A stretch of DNA of 64,000 bases from Desulfatiglandales bacterium. Lineage in GTDB: Bacteria > Desulfobacterota > DSM-4660 > Desulfatiglandales > HGW-15. Below the pieces are notes generated by a model. The model searched no databases. It saw nothing but the letters and a program-made list of their open reading frames with translations, and was not told the DNA's origin. The DNA lies in the NCBI GenBank assembly GCA_963667015.2, contig CAXXJJ010000004.1, positions 1,440,001-1,504,000 of the forward strand, read 5' to 3'. Both the position numbers and the translations under genes were made by a program. Shown here piece by piece: positions 62,251 through 64,000 of the stretch; positions within the stretch are counted from its first letter, which is position 1, and every line of letters starts with the position of its first letter.

Positions 62251-62408
62251 AGATATTTGAGCCCTGGAGCTAATTCTGATTATGCTTCAGGGCTCGCAGA
62301 ATTCCGTGAAAAGAATTTAGTCTAAGACTGTGGTGGAAGCTCAATCTTTTCTGAAACAGGAACGCTCATCCAGCGGCTCGCACCGAGCCACGAAAAGGGA
62401 GCTCAGCT

Positions 62409-64000
62409 TCAATGCCCGCCGGTAACCACGACCAGATAATTTTCCGGCGCAGCTGCCATGGGCACTCCTTTTTCAATAACGTCCTTTTCTGCCAGTAACA
62501 TCTTAATAAAATTACTGGGTTCTGCAGGCTGACCAAATTCATTGATCAAAACCAGGCTTTTAAATTTATCCATGGGAACACGGGCCAGGTCCCATAACTC
62601 TTCTGCGTAGCTTGCCTTGTTCGCATTAGCCATCAGACCAGTGGTCACCATTTGCATTTCGGTGATTGCAAGTACACCGGCGTACTGTTTCTCCCATGCC
62701 TTTTTGCTCCGGGGCCATATATCCTTATGGGGAGGTACACTTGCCGCAACGTTTGCTATGGATCCGGATATACTCATATCCATATGATCAATACCAAGCA
62801 CTGTTACCAGGTTAGTATCAGCAGGATAACCAAGCTGAACACTGACAGGGTCCCAACCTTTTCCCAGCGACATCACATCTTCTGCTTCGGCAATTACAAT
62901 GCCTGCGTATGTTGCCGGATTTCCCGCCAGGTTAGAGGGTTTAATGCCTCTGCCGTTTCCGGGAATTACTGCCATAGCAAGGTTTATTGCCCGACCGATG
63001 GTGCCGTTGGCAGGATACTTATGATTAGGGCCAAAGGCATTGGATGATGAATTAAGCCCTATTTCCTTTGCATAGGGACCATTTACAATCACGAGCGGAG
63101 CAGCGGATCTAATTACCGGCCAGTAGCTATCCCATTTAACAGAGGTAATGGCTTTCAGGCCTGCAATGATCACCGGCATATACTCCGGTTTGGCTCCTGC
63201 CATGGTCGACACAATGGCAATTTTCTCCACTGTGAATTCTGCATTGGATGGTCCCCATTCTCCTATTACTGTCTCAGGTGATACAGGTGTGCCTTTCAGC
63301 ATTTCATCAACATTCGCACGTGTGGGAGGCACAAGGGGTAATCCGTCACCCCAGCCCATTTCAAGATAGGAGTTGTTAAATTGATCCTGAGCTTCCTGAT
63401 AAGTCGCGGCAGTGTAAGAGAACTCTTTTTCCATTGGAACCCATTCTTCACCAACAACCGTCATGTATTCAGGTTTCCAGCTGGTAAGACCACTTACCAT
63501 AAACTGAAAAGCCTCAGGGGCTATAGCCTTGATGCCTTCTGATGTAAAAGTGTCATATTCATTAAAGTTGATACCCGGATAATCCATATATCCCTTGGAA
63601 AGTACAACGCCCATAAAACGCTCTTCATGGCGTTCGTTGTAAAAGGATACAGTGGGGATGCCTTTTTCTTCAAGAGTGATGGCGATGGAACCCAACGCAC
63701 CTACGCACCCTCATCACCCCCCGAAGGCGGCAACAACCGCATCGGGTTCTGCCTTGACAATGGCATCAACCACCTCTTTCTCAGGCATCCACTTCATGGG
63801 CAAATCAGCATAGTGAATGATTTGAGTATCGGGGTATTTTTCCTTGAGCTGCACTTCGAGTAAATCATAGAGTTCAGCCCCCTTACCCGCGTACAGCTCA
63901 TCAGGAGTGGCGGACAGCCAAAGGGCTATTTTTTTCCCCGCCAGAGTATCCAGCCGCGGTGCAAGATCCTTGTCTTTTTTTACATTGCCCTGCGGATTCA
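62409..64000 (-). CDS. UGSC-family (seleno)protein, 5' end beyond window; two in-frame TGA at 63711-63716
   Basis: One frame reads LAPRLDTLAGKKIAL...DAVVAAFGG-TGA-TGA-GCVGALG...EEKGIPTV and continues to DGLPLVPPT, MAGAKPEYMPV, VNGP, ANGTIGRA. Confidence 0.75.

Noticed and set aside
63711..63716. Genome-wide TGA=Gly/Trp recoding as the explanation for TGA-TGA
   Set aside because: Many genes in the window (e.g. tsaD, rsmA, ycgN) end at TGA at the expected family length
202..63863. Numerous short ORFs antisense to or nested in long genes
   Set aside because: Shadow frames of well-supported CDSs with no independent motifs

Overview
A ~64 kb chromosomal window from an anaerobic bacterium; the gene content (PFOR, HDOD/HD-GYP, many PAS kinases, UGSC-type protein) suggests Desulfobacterota, which is an inference. 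Bases 1-19.3 kb are mostly housekeeping and signalling: PFOR 3' end, tRNA-Arg(TCG), tRNA-Lys(CTT), two PAS kinases, ihfA, an RND pump, and a tsaE-lysC-comEA-Ser/Thr kinase-PP2C-tsaD-rsmA run. The most striking part is 19.5-26 kb: a VapBC-type TA pair followed by an integron cassette array with no integrase in the window (a CALIN). It has four intact attC sites whose R''/R' boxes interlock cassette by cassette, plus two parasitised attC sites. One is split by a complete IS110/IS1111-type element (CA core duplicated, sub-terminal IRs, circle-junction promoter, ~630-nt structured 3' non-coding region that may encode a bridge/seek RNA); the other by the 3' remnant of a group IIC intron. Cassettes include a class III nucleotide-cyclase-like protein, an MBL-fold hydrolase and an essentially ORF-less hairpin-rich cassette. 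The rest is accessory: two tannase/feruloyl esterases, an orphan glycyl-radical activase, a Mo-oxidoreductase pair, a c-di-GMP-I riboswitch, an orphan SMODS/CD-NTase, an ECF sigma cluster with two matching promoters, and several internally deleted pseudogenes. At the right edge is a UGSC-family gene whose redox motif carries two consecutive in-frame TGA codons (G-G-TGA-TGA-G-C). All calls are by eye; no searches were run.
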